Of a DNA stretch of 40,375 nt, positions 17,196 through 26,886 are shown in pieces. How positions within the stretch are numbered: position 1 is the stretch's first letter; every line of letters starts with the position of its first letter. The notes beneath the pieces were generated by a model, which did not search any database, was not told the DNA's origin, and was given only the letters and a program-made list of their open reading frames with translations. The stretch covers positions 1 to 40,375 of IMG/VR virus record IMGVR_UViG_3300015050_000784; one strand, written 5' to 3'. This stretch comes from a virus. Lineage: Duplodnaviria > Caudoviricetes. Both the position numbers and the translations under genes were made by a program.

Positions 17196-17471
17196 ATGGG
17201 CATTCAACCTGACAGCCAAGGCGCTCCCTGTTATCAGCCGGGCGGGACATGGAGCCAGTGCGACCGTTGCTCCAAGAAGCGCCGTCGTGCTGATGTAGCC
17301 CGCGAGTGGACGAACCTTATCGTCTGCAAGGATACCTGCTGGGACCCAAGGCCTCCGCAACTGGACGCTCCGAATGTCTGGCCTGAAGGCATTCCCCTTC
17401 CTGACATCCGCCCGCGTCCTAACAACCTATTCATCGACGTTTACGAACCAATCAACCCGGACGATCTCTGA
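17196..17471 (+). CDS. Small Cys-rich protein of the head-tail module
   Basis: CDRC...EWTNLIVCKDTCWDPRPPQ. Confidence 0.75.
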   Translation: MGIQPDSQGAPCYQPGGTWSQCDRCSKKRRRADVAREWTNLIVCKDTCWDPRPPQLDAPNVWPEGIPLPDIRPRPNNLFIDVYEPINPDDL

Positions 17472-18184
17472 TGGCCACCTCTGGCGCGATTAACGAGACG
17501 TTCACGGCGCGAACCTGTATCTATCAGGCGCTCCAGATCATCACCGTGTACGGCGGCAATCAGACCCCTACGGATGACGACGCGAACACCGGCCTGTTTC
17601 ATCTGCAATGGATGCTGAAGGATTGGCAGGCCGACGGCTGCAACCTCTGGCGGACAGCAGAGGAGACGTTCACCTATGTTGCCGACCAACGGACGATCAT
17701 CATGGACCCGCGCGTTATGGACGTGCAGGAGCTTCGTGTCCTGATCCCGCAGAATGTCGCCCCGCCGAATCAACAGACCTACTTCCGGCCGCTGGCTCGT
17801 TGGGAGCTTGGCGAATACAAAAGCCTGCCGAACCCGTTCGTTTCCGGTAGCCCGACGATCTTCTATTTCGACCGCAAGCGCGACACGACCGAGCTTACCA
17901 TCTGGCCGATCCCGAACATTGAGACGACGCTTTACGGCACTGTTGCTCGCGTGATCGAGGATGTAACGGACCTCAACCAAAACATCGACGTTCCGCAAGA
18001 GTGGTGTTCCACGATCACCTATAACCTTGCGTCGCGCCTGCTTGATCCGTTCGGCATCAGCGATACACGTCCGATGCTGGCGCAAAGTGTTCAGGCCCGC
18101 GCAGCTATGCTATACGAGAAGCTGAGCAACTTCGACAGGCCATCGGCTGTCTTCTTCAAACCCCAATATGTAGGGAAATACTGA
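17471..18184 (+). CDS. Head-tail adaptor / tail tubular protein (putative)
   Basis: MATSG...L..MLKDWQADG.NLW...G.PT.FY...IWP.P...D.PQEW...I.YNLA; position. Confidence 0.7.
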   Translation: MATSGAINETFTARTCIYQALQIITVYGGNQTPTDDDANTGLFHLQWMLKDWQADGCNLWRTAEETFTYVADQRTIIMDPRVMDVQELRVLIPQNVAPPNQQTYFRPLARWELGEYKSLPNPFVSGSPTIFYFDRKRDTTELTIWPIPNIETTLYGTVARVIEDVTDLNQNIDVPQEWCSTITYNLASRLLDPFGISDTRPMLAQSVQARAAMLYEKLSNFDRPSAVFFKPQYVGKY

Positions 18185-18678
18185 TGTCTGGCGCTCTGGT
18201 CTTCATTGAAAACGACACAACCAAAAAAGCCCTTTGGGTCTCGGCAGACAATCCGCTTCCGACTACGGGCGGCGGGGCTACCGGCCCCGGTACGGCTGCG
18301 GCTGCAACGCGCGTTACCTTCGCCTCGGATGCCCCTACGCTTGCCGTCGCTGATGCTGGCCTGCTTACGGTCCTGCCGGATGCTTACGAGACTGTAGCCG
18401 CCTCCCAGACGGCGCAAACCCTTGGCGCAACGGGGGCCGTGGGTGATTTTCTCGCTGGCATCCTGATTGTTCCGGCCACGACCTCGCCCGGCGCGGTTTC
18501 GATCATCGACGGAAACGGATCGAATATCACCATCTTTGCGGGCGGCGCATCGTCGGTTTCCAATCTCGTGCCGTTCTTCGTTCCCATTCAGGCCAAGTGC
18601 GTTAACGCGACTACGCCGGGCTGGAAGGTGACCACGGGAACCAACGTTAGCGCGGTTGGAACCGGGAACTTCACCTAA
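18184..18678 (+). CDS. Putative virion protein
   Basis: Ala/Thr/Gly-rich beta composition; coupled ORF. Confidence 0.6.
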   Translation: MSGALVFIENDTTKKALWVSADNPLPTTGGGATGPGTAAAATRVTFASDAPTLAVADAGLLTVLPDAYETVAASQTAQTLGATGAVGDFLAGILIVPATTSPGAVSIIDGNGSNITIFAGGASSVSNLVPFFVPIQAKCVNATTPGWKVTTGTNVSAVGTGNFT

Positions 18679-19163
18679 TGCTTGGCGCGTATGTCTTCGG
18701 CAATTCGGCGGCTATGGCGAGCGGTGCAAAAACCTACGCGCAATTTCAAGCGCAGATCGATACGCTGGCTACGAACGGTTCAGTAGGCTTCAACAGCGGC
18801 ATTGTTGCGGGCAAATTCCGAACGACGGCAATAGCCGTTAGCGGAACCATGCAAGGATCGTCTTGGGTTCCTCCTATCCGGGCGTCTGTTAGTGCCGTGA
18901 GCCGAGCTATCCAACACGGTATGCCATCTCAGGCGGCCTTTGATGCGGTGGTAGCCGCCGGTTACGAAAGCTATTTCGAGACGTTTGATGATGGTTCTAG
19001 CGGACCTGATTTCTTCTCGGAAAATCGCAACGGTTATACATCGATTGGCACGACCGCTACGGCCACATCCCTCCGCATGTCCGATTTGATCTATTGGGAC
19101 GGCACGCAAGCCCAACGCATGAACCCCAACGCCAATACTGGCCCGACGCCGTACACTTGGTAG
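18678..19163 (+). CDS. Hypothetical protein
   Basis: TAATG coupling. Confidence 0.55.
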   Translation: MLGAYVFGNSAAMASGAKTYAQFQAQIDTLATNGSVGFNSGIVAGKFRTTAIAVSGTMQGSSWVPPIRASVSAVSRAIQHGMPSQAAFDAVVAAGYESYFETFDDGSSGPDFFSENRNGYTSIGTTATATSLRMSDLIYWDGTQAQRMNPNANTGPTPYTW

Positions 19164-19170
19164 CCGTCTA

Positions 19171-20565
19171 ATGCCCCCCGCCATCCTCGGCACGACCTAT
19201 GACAAGCGCGTCACCGGAAAGCTTCCTGCTATCCGGCTAATCAACCGCTATGTAGAGCAAGCGCAGGTCAATCAGCTTTCTGGCGTGGCGATCCTTCCGC
19301 GTCCCGGCCTTGAGTTTTTCGATGATCTCGGAACCGACGTTCGGACACGGGGCGTATTCCGCTGTCCCGGCCTGTTCAATGATGACCTGTTTGCAGTGTC
19401 GGGAACGGAGTTATTCCGTGAAGGCGTACCGGTAGGATTTGCCGCGCCCCTTACAGAAATTCCGGGCGACGACCTGATCCGCTGGGCGGCTACCGATCTT
19501 GTCGATGGCATCTGGTTTGTGGCTGGCGGCGGTCTGTTCCTTTACGACGGAACCGATGTTGCTCAAGTCGAAACGCCGGATGATGTCGAGGCGACCGACG
19601 TAACCGAAATCAACGGCTATATCATCGTGCAGGCCGCTGGATCGGGCAGGCGCTATTTCATCCGCCCCGGCCTGATCGTCATTGACCCGCTGGACTTCTT
19701 CACGGCGGAAAGCAGCCCTGACGCTGGCGTAGCGACCGTGGCGACGGCTCAAGAGCTTTGGCTCTTCGACGGCATCAGCGCTGAGGTCTGGTTGCCTACG
19801 GGGGCGTCAGACGCTCCGTTCCAACGATACCAGGGCCGCATCTTCTCGCGTGGCGCAACCTCGCGCGACTGTGTGATCCAGTTCGACAATACCGTATTCT
19901 TCGTAGGCGAGGACAGCGAACAGGGCCGTATCTGCTACCGTGCCGGTGACGTTCCCCAACGCGTCAGCACCAACTCGATTGAAGAGCGGTTCAGGCTTTC
20001 GGATGCCGACTTCTCGGCTGTTGCCTTCATCCTCGACGGACACGCGCTGTATCTGGTCTCGTGCTCGCAAGGCACCTTTGCCTATGACGTAAGCACGGGC
20101 TCTTGGTGCGAGTGGGAGTCCTATGGGCTTGAGCGGTTCAGGGGCCATGTCTGCGCCACGGGTGCCGGGCAGAAGATCATCCTTGGCGACAGTCAGACAA
20201 GTCTTCTTTACACGCTGAACCCTGCACGGGGGAACGATAACGGCGATCCGATTGAAAGGGTTGTCGGCGGGGGCGTGCCTATGATCGGGCGTCGCTCAAT
20301 CGACCTGCTTTGGCTCATGTGCAACACGGGGGCCTCCCTTGACCCGGAGGCGTTGCCGGTCATCAGCGCCAAGTTCTCGCGTGACGGCGGCTTTACCTAC
20401 GGCGATCCGATTCAGGCGTCTACGGGATTCATGGGCCAATACAATCTCCGTGTCATGTGGACGCGTTGTGGCCAGTACGCACAGCCCGGCTTCCTGTTTG
20501 AGATTGTCGATAGCGACGACGTGCAGATCACGCTACAGTACGCAACCGTCAACGAGGCGTTCTGA
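19171..20565 (+). CDS. Tail hub / packaged DNA stabilization protein (P22 gp10-like)
   Basis: 464 aa beta-propeller-like; DPLDFFTAESSPD, RVSTNSIE, YDVSTGSW, SRDGGFTYG. Confidence 0.85.
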   Translation: MPPAILGTTYDKRVTGKLPAIRLINRYVEQAQVNQLSGVAILPRPGLEFFDDLGTDVRTRGVFRCPGLFNDDLFAVSGTELFREGVPVGFAAPLTEIPGDDLIRWAATDLVDGIWFVAGGGLFLYDGTDVAQVETPDDVEATDVTEINGYIIVQAAGSGRRYFIRPGLIVIDPLDFFTAESSPDAGVATVATAQELWLFDGISAEVWLPTGASDAPFQRYQGRIFSRGATSRDCVIQFDNTVFFVGEDSEQGRICYRAGDVPQRVSTNSIEERFRLSDADFSAVAFILDGHALYLVSCSQGTFAYDVSTGSWCEWESYGLERFRGHVCATGAGQKIILGDSQTSLLYTLNPARGNDNGDPIERVVGGGVPMIGRRSIDLLWLMCNTGASLDPEALPVISAKFSRDGGFTYGDPIQASTGFMGQYNLRVMWTRCGQYAQPGFLFEIVDSDDVQITLQYATVNEAF

Positions 20566-21662
20566 TGGTTGTCCGTCCTGTAGAAGTAAGCCCTGTCCAG
20601 AACGTCTTCCCGATTGTCGATCCCCAGACGGGTCGGGCGACGGAGACGTTTCAATACTTCCTCCTGAAAATGTGGGAACGTACCGGCGGCTTCACGGATG
20701 ATTTCTTTAGCCTGCTGGAAGTCTCCAATCTTGGCCAAATCCAAGGTCTGATTGCTGGCGCTCAACTTGAGGCGCTAGAGCGTAAGCTGGGTGACGCTGC
20801 GGCTTTGGGTCGCTTGTCTTCATTCGACCGCGTGTCCGCCGAGATCGAGACTATCGACCGCAGGCTAAACCTGTTTCAAGCCTTGGTCGCCTCTCAACGT
20901 CAGCCCACGCAAAGCAGCGGGCTTGTCGTCATTGATGCGCCGTTTGACTATGTGGTCAATCGCGACTCCCCGACAATCACAGTCTATGCCTTCGGGGGTG
21001 CTGGTGGTGGTGGGGCTGGCAGCGCGACGCAGGGCGGCGGTGGTGGAGGCGGGGCAGGCTTCAGCGTCCAGACCTTCCAGACTGCCGCGCTTGATGATGT
21101 GATCTCTGTCGGCGTCGGGCTTGGTGGCGTGGGCGGTACATCCATTAGCCCTGATGGTGGTGACGGCGCAGAGACGACCTTTGGTGACCTTCTGGTAGCC
21201 AAGGGCGGGAACGGGGGCCTAGGTGGATCGACAGGCGGCCCTGTCACGGATGCATACGGAAACCTCTATCAGGGCGGGCCGGGCGCGGACGGGGCGACGG
21301 TTACGCCTAATAGCGCCGTGAACACCTATCCGGGCGGCCCCGGTGGCGGTGGAGGTGGCGGCCCTGCTGATGGCGTCGGAGGCGATGGAGCGGCCGGAAA
21401 CTGGCGTTCACTGCTTGCTGACGGCGGCGGTGGCGCTGGCGGTCTTGCTGGCCTTCCGGGCACAAGCCCTGACCGTTCAGACCAATTCCTTGCTCCCGGC
21501 CTTGGCGCTGGTGGTGGTGGTGGGTCTACTGCTGGTTCTGGTGGCAATGGCGGGACCGGCGGCCTTGGTGCGGGGGGTGGTGGAGGCGGGGCTTCCGTGA
21601 CCGATCCCGGCGATGGCGGCAACGGAGGCAATGGCCTTATGTTTATCGTGGAGAATCTCTAA
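20565..21662 (+). CDS. Glycine-rich tail protein (in the tail needle/fibre position)
   Basis: N-terminal helical region then GGAGGGG repeats; follows the gp10-like gene. Confidence 0.7.
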   Translation: MVVRPVEVSPVQNVFPIVDPQTGRATETFQYFLLKMWERTGGFTDDFFSLLEVSNLGQIQGLIAGAQLEALERKLGDAAALGRLSSFDRVSAEIETIDRRLNLFQALVASQRQPTQSSGLVVIDAPFDYVVNRDSPTITVYAFGGAGGGGAGSATQGGGGGGGAGFSVQTFQTAALDDVISVGVGLGGVGGTSISPDGGDGAETTFGDLLVAKGGNGGLGGSTGGPVTDAYGNLYQGGPGADGATVTPNSAVNTYPGGPGGGGGGGPADGVGGDGAAGNWRSLLADGGGGAGGLAGLPGTSPDRSDQFLAPGLGAGGGGGSTAGSGGNGGTGGLGAGGGGGGASVTDPGDGGNGGNGLMFIVENL

Positions 21663-22000
21663 TGGCGACCAATGCAACCGGCTTTGTAAGCGCGTCAGTT
21701 CCAACCTCTGCAACAGTGATGGTTGCGGCCGGGGCGAATGAACAGGTTCTGTTCACAACAGTGATCGCCTACAACTCGGACTCTACCTCTCGGCTTTTGA
21801 CCCTCTATCAGGTCCCAAGCGGCGGCACTCCGAGTGCATCAAACCTGTTCCTCAAGCAAACGATCTACCGCACTCAGTCGGTTACGATCCCGATTGGTGC
21901 ATTGATCGTGGCCAACGGAGCAAGTCTGTATGCCCAATGCGATGCGGGGTCGGTGGTTAATCTGTCGATCAACTTCTATCGCTCGGATCAAGTGGCGTGA
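21662..22000 (+). CDS. Putative virion protein
   Basis: Beta-sandwich-like composition; coupled ORF. Confidence 0.6.
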   Translation: MATNATGFVSASVPTSATVMVAAGANEQVLFTTVIAYNSDSTSRLLTLYQVPSGGTPSASNLFLKQTIYRTQSVTIPIGALIVANGASLYAQCDAGSVVNLSINFYRSDQVA

Positions 22001-22431
22001 GGCAGGCAACAGAGGCGGATATTCCAAGGCTTATCGACCTCGGAAGACTGTTTCATGCTCGCTCACCTTATCGGGACAAGTTCTATAATCCCGAAAGGGT
22101 GGCACAAACGCTGAAATCTGTTATTGAAACGGGTACTGTGTTCGTTTCGGGTGATCCGATACACAGTATGGGGGCGGCGATCAAAGGGCCGATGTGGTTC
22201 TCCGAAGGTGAAGCAGCGCAAGAGTTGTTTCTTTGGGGCCAAGATGGCAAGATGATACGCGAAGCTCTGGAAGAGTGGGCTACAGGTCAGGGGTGCGAAA
22301 GCTTCTCCATGGTCTGCCTTGAGGACGGCAAAGCGGCGCAAATGACGCGGCTTTACAGGATGGCCGGGTATCAACCGGCTGAACGTCATTTCCTCAAGGC
22401 TCTTGAATGGCAGCACTCACCTCAGCACTGA
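21997..22431 (+). CDS. GNAT-fold protein (P22 gp14 position)
   Basis: MRQATEADIPRL...LEEWA...G...RLYRMAGY; precedes the ejection genes. Confidence 0.75.
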   Translation: MRQATEADIPRLIDLGRLFHARSPYRDKFYNPERVAQTLKSVIETGTVFVSGDPIHSMGAAIKGPMWFSEGEAAQELFLWGQDGKMIREALEEWATGQGCESFSMVCLEDGKAAQMTRLYRMAGYQPAERHFLKALEWQHSPQH

Positions 22432-23324
22432 TCGCGGGAGCCGCGACCCTTGGCGGGGCCGCGCTTGCGTCGAACAGCCAGCGCCGCGCCACGAATGCCG
22501 TTACGTCTGCTGCGAATGACAGCAATGCGCTTCAGGCTGCAATCTTCCAGCAACAACGCGATGACCTCGCGCCTTGGCGCGCGTCGGGCGCATCTGCGCT
22601 AACCGAAATCAATCGTCGCCTTGGCCTTGGCCAGCCCCAAAACCAGACCGTTCAAGGGCAGGGCGTCGCGCCGGTCCTAAACAACCCGTCAATCCCGATG
22701 CAGGGAACGGGCAGCGAGATTTACGACGGCCGGGTCATGCCGACGAATATGGTTCAGGCTGGCGGCGATAGCATCACTCAATCGATGGCGGCTCCGTCTC
22801 AGCCCTACGACAAGCCCCAGATCAACTACGGCGAACAACCGGGACAACCGACGCAGCCCGTCCAGAACCCCGGCCCCGCTGGTAGCTCTTCCGACCCCCA
22901 GAACCGTTACGGCGGCTTCTATGCCTCGCCCGGCTATCAGTTCCGCATGGACGAAGGAAACCGGGCCATCACGGGCAATCGTGCGGCGAGCGGGATGCTC
23001 CAATCTGGCGACACGCTGCGGGCTTTGAATCGTTACGGGCAAGACTACGCATCGAACGAATACAACACCCAGCTTAACCAACTGTTCAATGTCGCAGGGC
23101 TTGGCCAAACGGCGACGGGGCAACAGAATGCTTTGTCGTCCAACTATGCAAACAACGTCACGGCCAACAACCAGAACTCCGCGAATGCCCTTTCTTCGTC
23201 CTACGCGAACCAAGGCAACATTTGGGGTAACGCGCTTGGCAACATCGGTGGATATGCGGCCTATAGCCTAGGCAATCGCAATAACAATTCTACCGTTCCT
23301 AACGATCTTACGGGGCTTTATTGA
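22407..23324 (+). CDS. DNA ejection/pilot protein (P22 gp7-like)
   Basis: Hydrophobic Ala/Gly N-terminus, DLAPWR, SPGYQFR..EG...AASG.LQSG.TL.AL..YGQ. Confidence 0.8.
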   Translation: MAALTSALIAGAATLGGAALASNSQRRATNAVTSAANDSNALQAAIFQQQRDDLAPWRASGASALTEINRRLGLGQPQNQTVQGQGVAPVLNNPSIPMQGTGSEIYDGRVMPTNMVQAGGDSITQSMAAPSQPYDKPQINYGEQPGQPTQPVQNPGPAGSSSDPQNRYGGFYASPGYQFRMDEGNRAITGNRAASGMLQSGDTLRALNRYGQDYASNEYNTQLNQLFNVAGLGQTATGQQNALSSNYANNVTANNQNSANALSSSYANQGNIWGNALGNIGGYAAYSLGNRNNNSTVPNDLTGLY

Positions 23325-24052
23325 TGGTTGGGCTTGTTGACCCGCAAGGCACGACGAACGCCTTGGCGACGGGCTTTAACTTCATGCAAGGCATTGCTCA
23401 GGATCGTGCACGGCGCGAGGCCGGTAACGCTCTGGCATCTGGCAACGTGAACTCTGCGATCAACGCCCTTGGTGGAGCGGGCGACCTTCAATCTGTGCGC
23501 GCGCTTCAAGCAGATGAGCGCACGCAATCTGAGGCGCAGCGAGAGCGAGAACAGGAAGAGCGCACGCAGAAGCTGACCTTCATTGGTCGTGCTGCCGAGT
23601 CTATGCGCCGGGTTCCCGCCGATCAACGCGATCAAGCATGGCAACAGCTTCGTCCTGTCTTTGCAGACATGGGCTATCCGCCTGAACTTCTGGCGCAAAT
23701 GGACTCGACACCAAAGACGGACGAGAACCTGAATTCTGTGATTGTTGCCGCTGGACGCGAGGTTGAAAGCCCCGCCTACCAAAATGCGGGCAACGGCTAT
23801 TTCATGCGCTCCGATCCTTACGGAGGCGGTCAGCCAGAGTTTATTCGCGCGCCGGTCGATCCGATGCAGCAGCGTCTTCTTGAGGCACAAATTGCCGCTC
23901 AAGAGGCGCTTGCCGGTCAACGTGGGGCGTCTGCCAATGCGTCGAATGCCCGCGCCGGTCGCGCTGGTGGCGGCGGTGGCGGTGGCGGTTCTCGCTCAAG
24001 CGGGGCGGCTCCCGCCTCTAGCGGTCCTCGTCGTCCGTGGGAGCGCTACTAA
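23321..24052 (+). CDS. Putative ejection protein (gp20 position)
   Basis: Gln/Ala-rich; gene order. Confidence 0.6.
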   Translation: MMVGLVDPQGTTNALATGFNFMQGIAQDRARREAGNALASGNVNSAINALGGAGDLQSVRALQADERTQSEAQREREQEERTQKLTFIGRAAESMRRVPADQRDQAWQQLRPVFADMGYPPELLAQMDSTPKTDENLNSVIVAAGREVESPAYQNAGNGYFMRSDPYGGGQPEFIRAPVDPMQQRLLEAQIAAQEALAGQRGASANASNARAGRAGGGGGGGGSRSSGAAPASSGPRRPWERY

Positions 24053-26886
24053 TGGTGCAGCAAAGCGGTCCTGCTGTCGGAGAAGTCCAAGACGGCTACA
24101 GGTTCAAGGGCGGCAACCCGTCCAACCCTGATTCGTGGGAACAGGTCGGAGAGATTGATGTCTCTGCGGAATACGGGGCGGGTGCGCGTCAAACGCCGTC
24201 TGGCCGCGTGTATCGCGTTGGCCCTCGTGGGGGGCAATACGAACTTGGCCATGTCAATGAAGATGGCGATACCGCTCCGAAGCTAACTGAGGGGCAAGGT
24301 AAGTCTGTTCTCTACGGCGGCATGATGGCTGGCGCTGAGCGCGACTATCAGGCTGCGCGTGAAGCCGGTTACGATCCCGCCAGCATCCGCAATCAGCTCG
24401 CCCGAGGAGCCGGGGTCATTCCGTTTGACGGAGACTTCTTTGGTCGCCTGATCCGTGATGATGTTTCCGACCGTGGCAACCAAGCCGAACTCCGCTGGGC
24501 AGAGGGGAACCTTCGCCAACTGACCGGCGCGGCGGCAACCAATCCCGAGATTGCTCGCGTTGCTGCGATCAACTTTGACCGTGGCAATGATGAGCTTGCG
24601 GATCAACGCTACCGCACGCGTGCCGAAACGTATCAGGGAACGCGATACGCGGCAGGCCCCGGCTCTGCGGCTCTCCCTGCCTATCCTGGCGCACCGGGCG
24701 GCATTGATGCTGGCCCTGTCGATCCGGCCACCGGCCTGCCGACTTATCCCGGCCTAACGCGCACGAACGCGGCGGATGCTCCTTTGCCTCCCGGCGGCCT
24801 TGGGGGCGGACCGAGCGGTCCCGGCTCTGCACCTGACACGGCCATTGATGTCACCAACCGTGAAGCCCTGCTTTCGGCTGGACCGGGTGCGTATGTCCGT
24901 TTTCCTGATGGATCGGTTGAGCGTCTGTCGAGCGCTCCGATTGTCGGTGAAGCGACAGGGCAAGAAGTCTCGCCCGGTGTGTTCGCTCAAGCGGTCACTC
25001 CCGCACAAGCTGTTGCTGCTCGCCGTGAAGATGAGGGCATTGGTCGCCGTGTAGATACGGCGGTTCGCGGCGCTGCGGACGCCCTTACCTTTGGCTTGTC
25101 GGATGAAATCACCGCTGGTCTAAACACGGTTGCTCCGCTTGATCGTGGAACGCGCGGCGGCTGGAATGGTGATTGGGAAGGCGCTTATCGCCAGAACCTA
25201 GACCTGATGCGGTCGATTGACGAACTCGACGCGGAACAGATGCCGCTTACCCGTGGCGCTGGTCAGGTTGCCGGTGCGCTTGCTGGAGGTATTGGCGCGG
25301 CTCGTGCGGCCCCCGCGATCCTCCGCAATGCCCCTCGTGTAGCAGGAGCTACGGGACGTCAGGTCGCAGGACGAATTGCAGGGAACACTGCGCGTCAGGC
25401 GGCTATAGGCGCGGCTGGTGCTGGCGCTTACGGCCTTGGCTCTGCTGAGGGCAATGTCCTTGAGCGCTTGCCGGAAGCGGGTCAATCGGCCGTTCTGGGC
25501 GGTGTTCTTGGCCCCGTCGTGTCCAAGGTTGGCGAAAGCGTTCTGTCTCCTGCTGCTGGCGCTATCGGTCGGGCCGTGGGTTTGGCTCCTCGCCGTAGCG
25601 CGCTTGAAGGCGCGGTTAGCCGGTTTGGGTCTCGCTACAACCCGAACCCCAATGTCCTCTCGCAACAAGTCGATGATCTGGAAGCCTTGGGCATTCAACC
25701 CGCGTTTGTCGATGTGATGGACCGGGGGCAGCGCGGCCTTGGCAGGGCCTTGGCAATGCGCCAGACGCCCGCGCGTGAGGCCGTGTCCGAGTTTGCAGAG
25801 AACCGCGCCGAAAGCCTCCCCGACCGTCTCTCGCGCCAAGCCCGTCGCACGATCAGCAATGATCCGCGTTCTCCGATGGAGATTCGCGAGGCCGTTGGAC
25901 AAGAAGGCCGCCGTCAAGCCGCTCCGCTGTATGAGCAAGCCTACGCACAGCCCGTCGAGGTTACGCCGGTCATCCAAGACCTTCTGCGCCGTCCCGCTGG
26001 GCAGGCCGCACTGCAACGCGCTCAACGCATTGCCGCGAACGAAGGCCAAAGCATAGACATGCAAAACCCGTCGATGCAGACGCTGGACTATGTGAAACGC
26101 GGTCTTGACGACGTTCTGGAAGGCTACCGCGACCGCACGACGGGCCGCATGGTTCTGGACACCGAAGGGCGGGCAATCGAAGGCGTGCGCCGTGACTTCC
26201 TTGGCGAGCTGGACAACATCAATCCGGCTTATCGTCAGGCCCGCCAGTCCTACGCGGATATGTCCCGCCTTCAGGAAGCGACCGATCTTGGCGAGGGCTT
26301 CCTGACCACGGAGGCCGATGAGTTTGCGGCTCGCGCTGGTCGTCTGACACCGGAGCAACGCCCGCTTGCCCAAGCCGCCGCACGTCGCGCGGTTGAGCGT
26401 GGAGCATCGACCCAAGGCAACGCACCGGGCATCGCTCAGCGCCTGTCGTCTGGTCGTGAGCAAGGGATGCGTAATCAGGCCCTGTTGGGTGAGGGCGCTA
26501 TCCCGATGCAGAACGCCATGGGTGCTGAACGCCGCATGGTCATGAACGCTCGCGACATCAATCCGGGCGCTGGGTCTCCTACGGCTCAAAACCAAATGGA
26601 CCTGATGGAGACCGGCGGAAACATCCTCAGTGCCGGGGCCAGCGCTCTGACGGGGAATGTTCGCGGAACCGTGGGGAGCTTGGCTCGCCTAGCCCGTCTT
26701 GGTTACTCCGACCGTGAGGCCGAAGCGATCATGACCGCCGCGATTGACCCGACTCAAACCCGCTCGCTGATCAACATGTTTGCCGAGCGCGGACTGTCCA
26801 AAGAGAAGGCCCGCAACCTCACGCGAGCACTTCGTTTCTACGCCAGCCAAAGAAGCGGTGATATGGCCGCTGGAGACGCACAATAA
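24052..26886 (+). CDS. Large DNA transfer/ejection protein (gp16 position)
   Basis: ~945 aa Ala/Gly/Arg-rich; RGAADALTFGLSDEI; APLYEQAY; TLDYVKRGLDD. Confidence 0.7.
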   Translation: MVQQSGPAVGEVQDGYRFKGGNPSNPDSWEQVGEIDVSAEYGAGARQTPSGRVYRVGPRGGQYELGHVNEDGDTAPKLTEGQGKSVLYGGMMAGAERDYQAAREAGYDPASIRNQLARGAGVIPFDGDFFGRLIRDDVSDRGNQAELRWAEGNLRQLTGAAATNPEIARVAAINFDRGNDELADQRYRTRAETYQGTRYAAGPGSAALPAYPGAPGGIDAGPVDPATGLPTYPGLTRTNAADAPLPPGGLGGGPSGPGSAPDTAIDVTNREALLSAGPGAYVRFPDGSVERLSSAPIVGEATGQEVSPGVFAQAVTPAQAVAARREDEGIGRRVDTAVRGAADALTFGLSDEITAGLNTVAPLDRGTRGGWNGDWEGAYRQNLDLMRSIDELDAEQMPLTRGAGQVAGALAGGIGAARAAPAILRNAPRVAGATGRQVAGRIAGNTARQAAIGAAGAGAYGLGSAEGNVLERLPEAGQSAVLGGVLGPVVSKVGESVLSPAAGAIGRAVGLAPRRSALEGAVSRFGSRYNPNPNVLSQQVDDLEALGIQPAFVDVMDRGQRGLGRALAMRQTPAREAVSEFAENRAESLPDRLSRQARRTISNDPRSPMEIREAVGQEGRRQAAPLYEQAYAQPVEVTPVIQDLLRRPAGQAALQRAQRIAANEGQSIDMQNPSMQTLDYVKRGLDDVLEGYRDRTTGRMVLDTEGRAIEGVRRDFLGELDNINPAYRQARQSYADMSRLQEATDLGEGFLTTEADEFAARAGRLTPEQRPLAQAAARRAVERGASTQGNAPGIAQRLSSGREQGMRNQALLGEGAIPMQNAMGAERRMVMNARDINPGAGSPTAQNQMDLMETGGNILSAGASALTGNVRGTVGSLARLARLGYSDREAEAIMTAAIDPTQTRSLINMFAERGLSKEKARNLTRALRFYASQRSGDMAAGDAQ

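Noticed and set aside
20984-21631. Pro-rich antisense ORFs and apparent GGC/GGT repeats
   Set aside because: Mirror image of the glycine-rich tail protein codons, not a repeat array.
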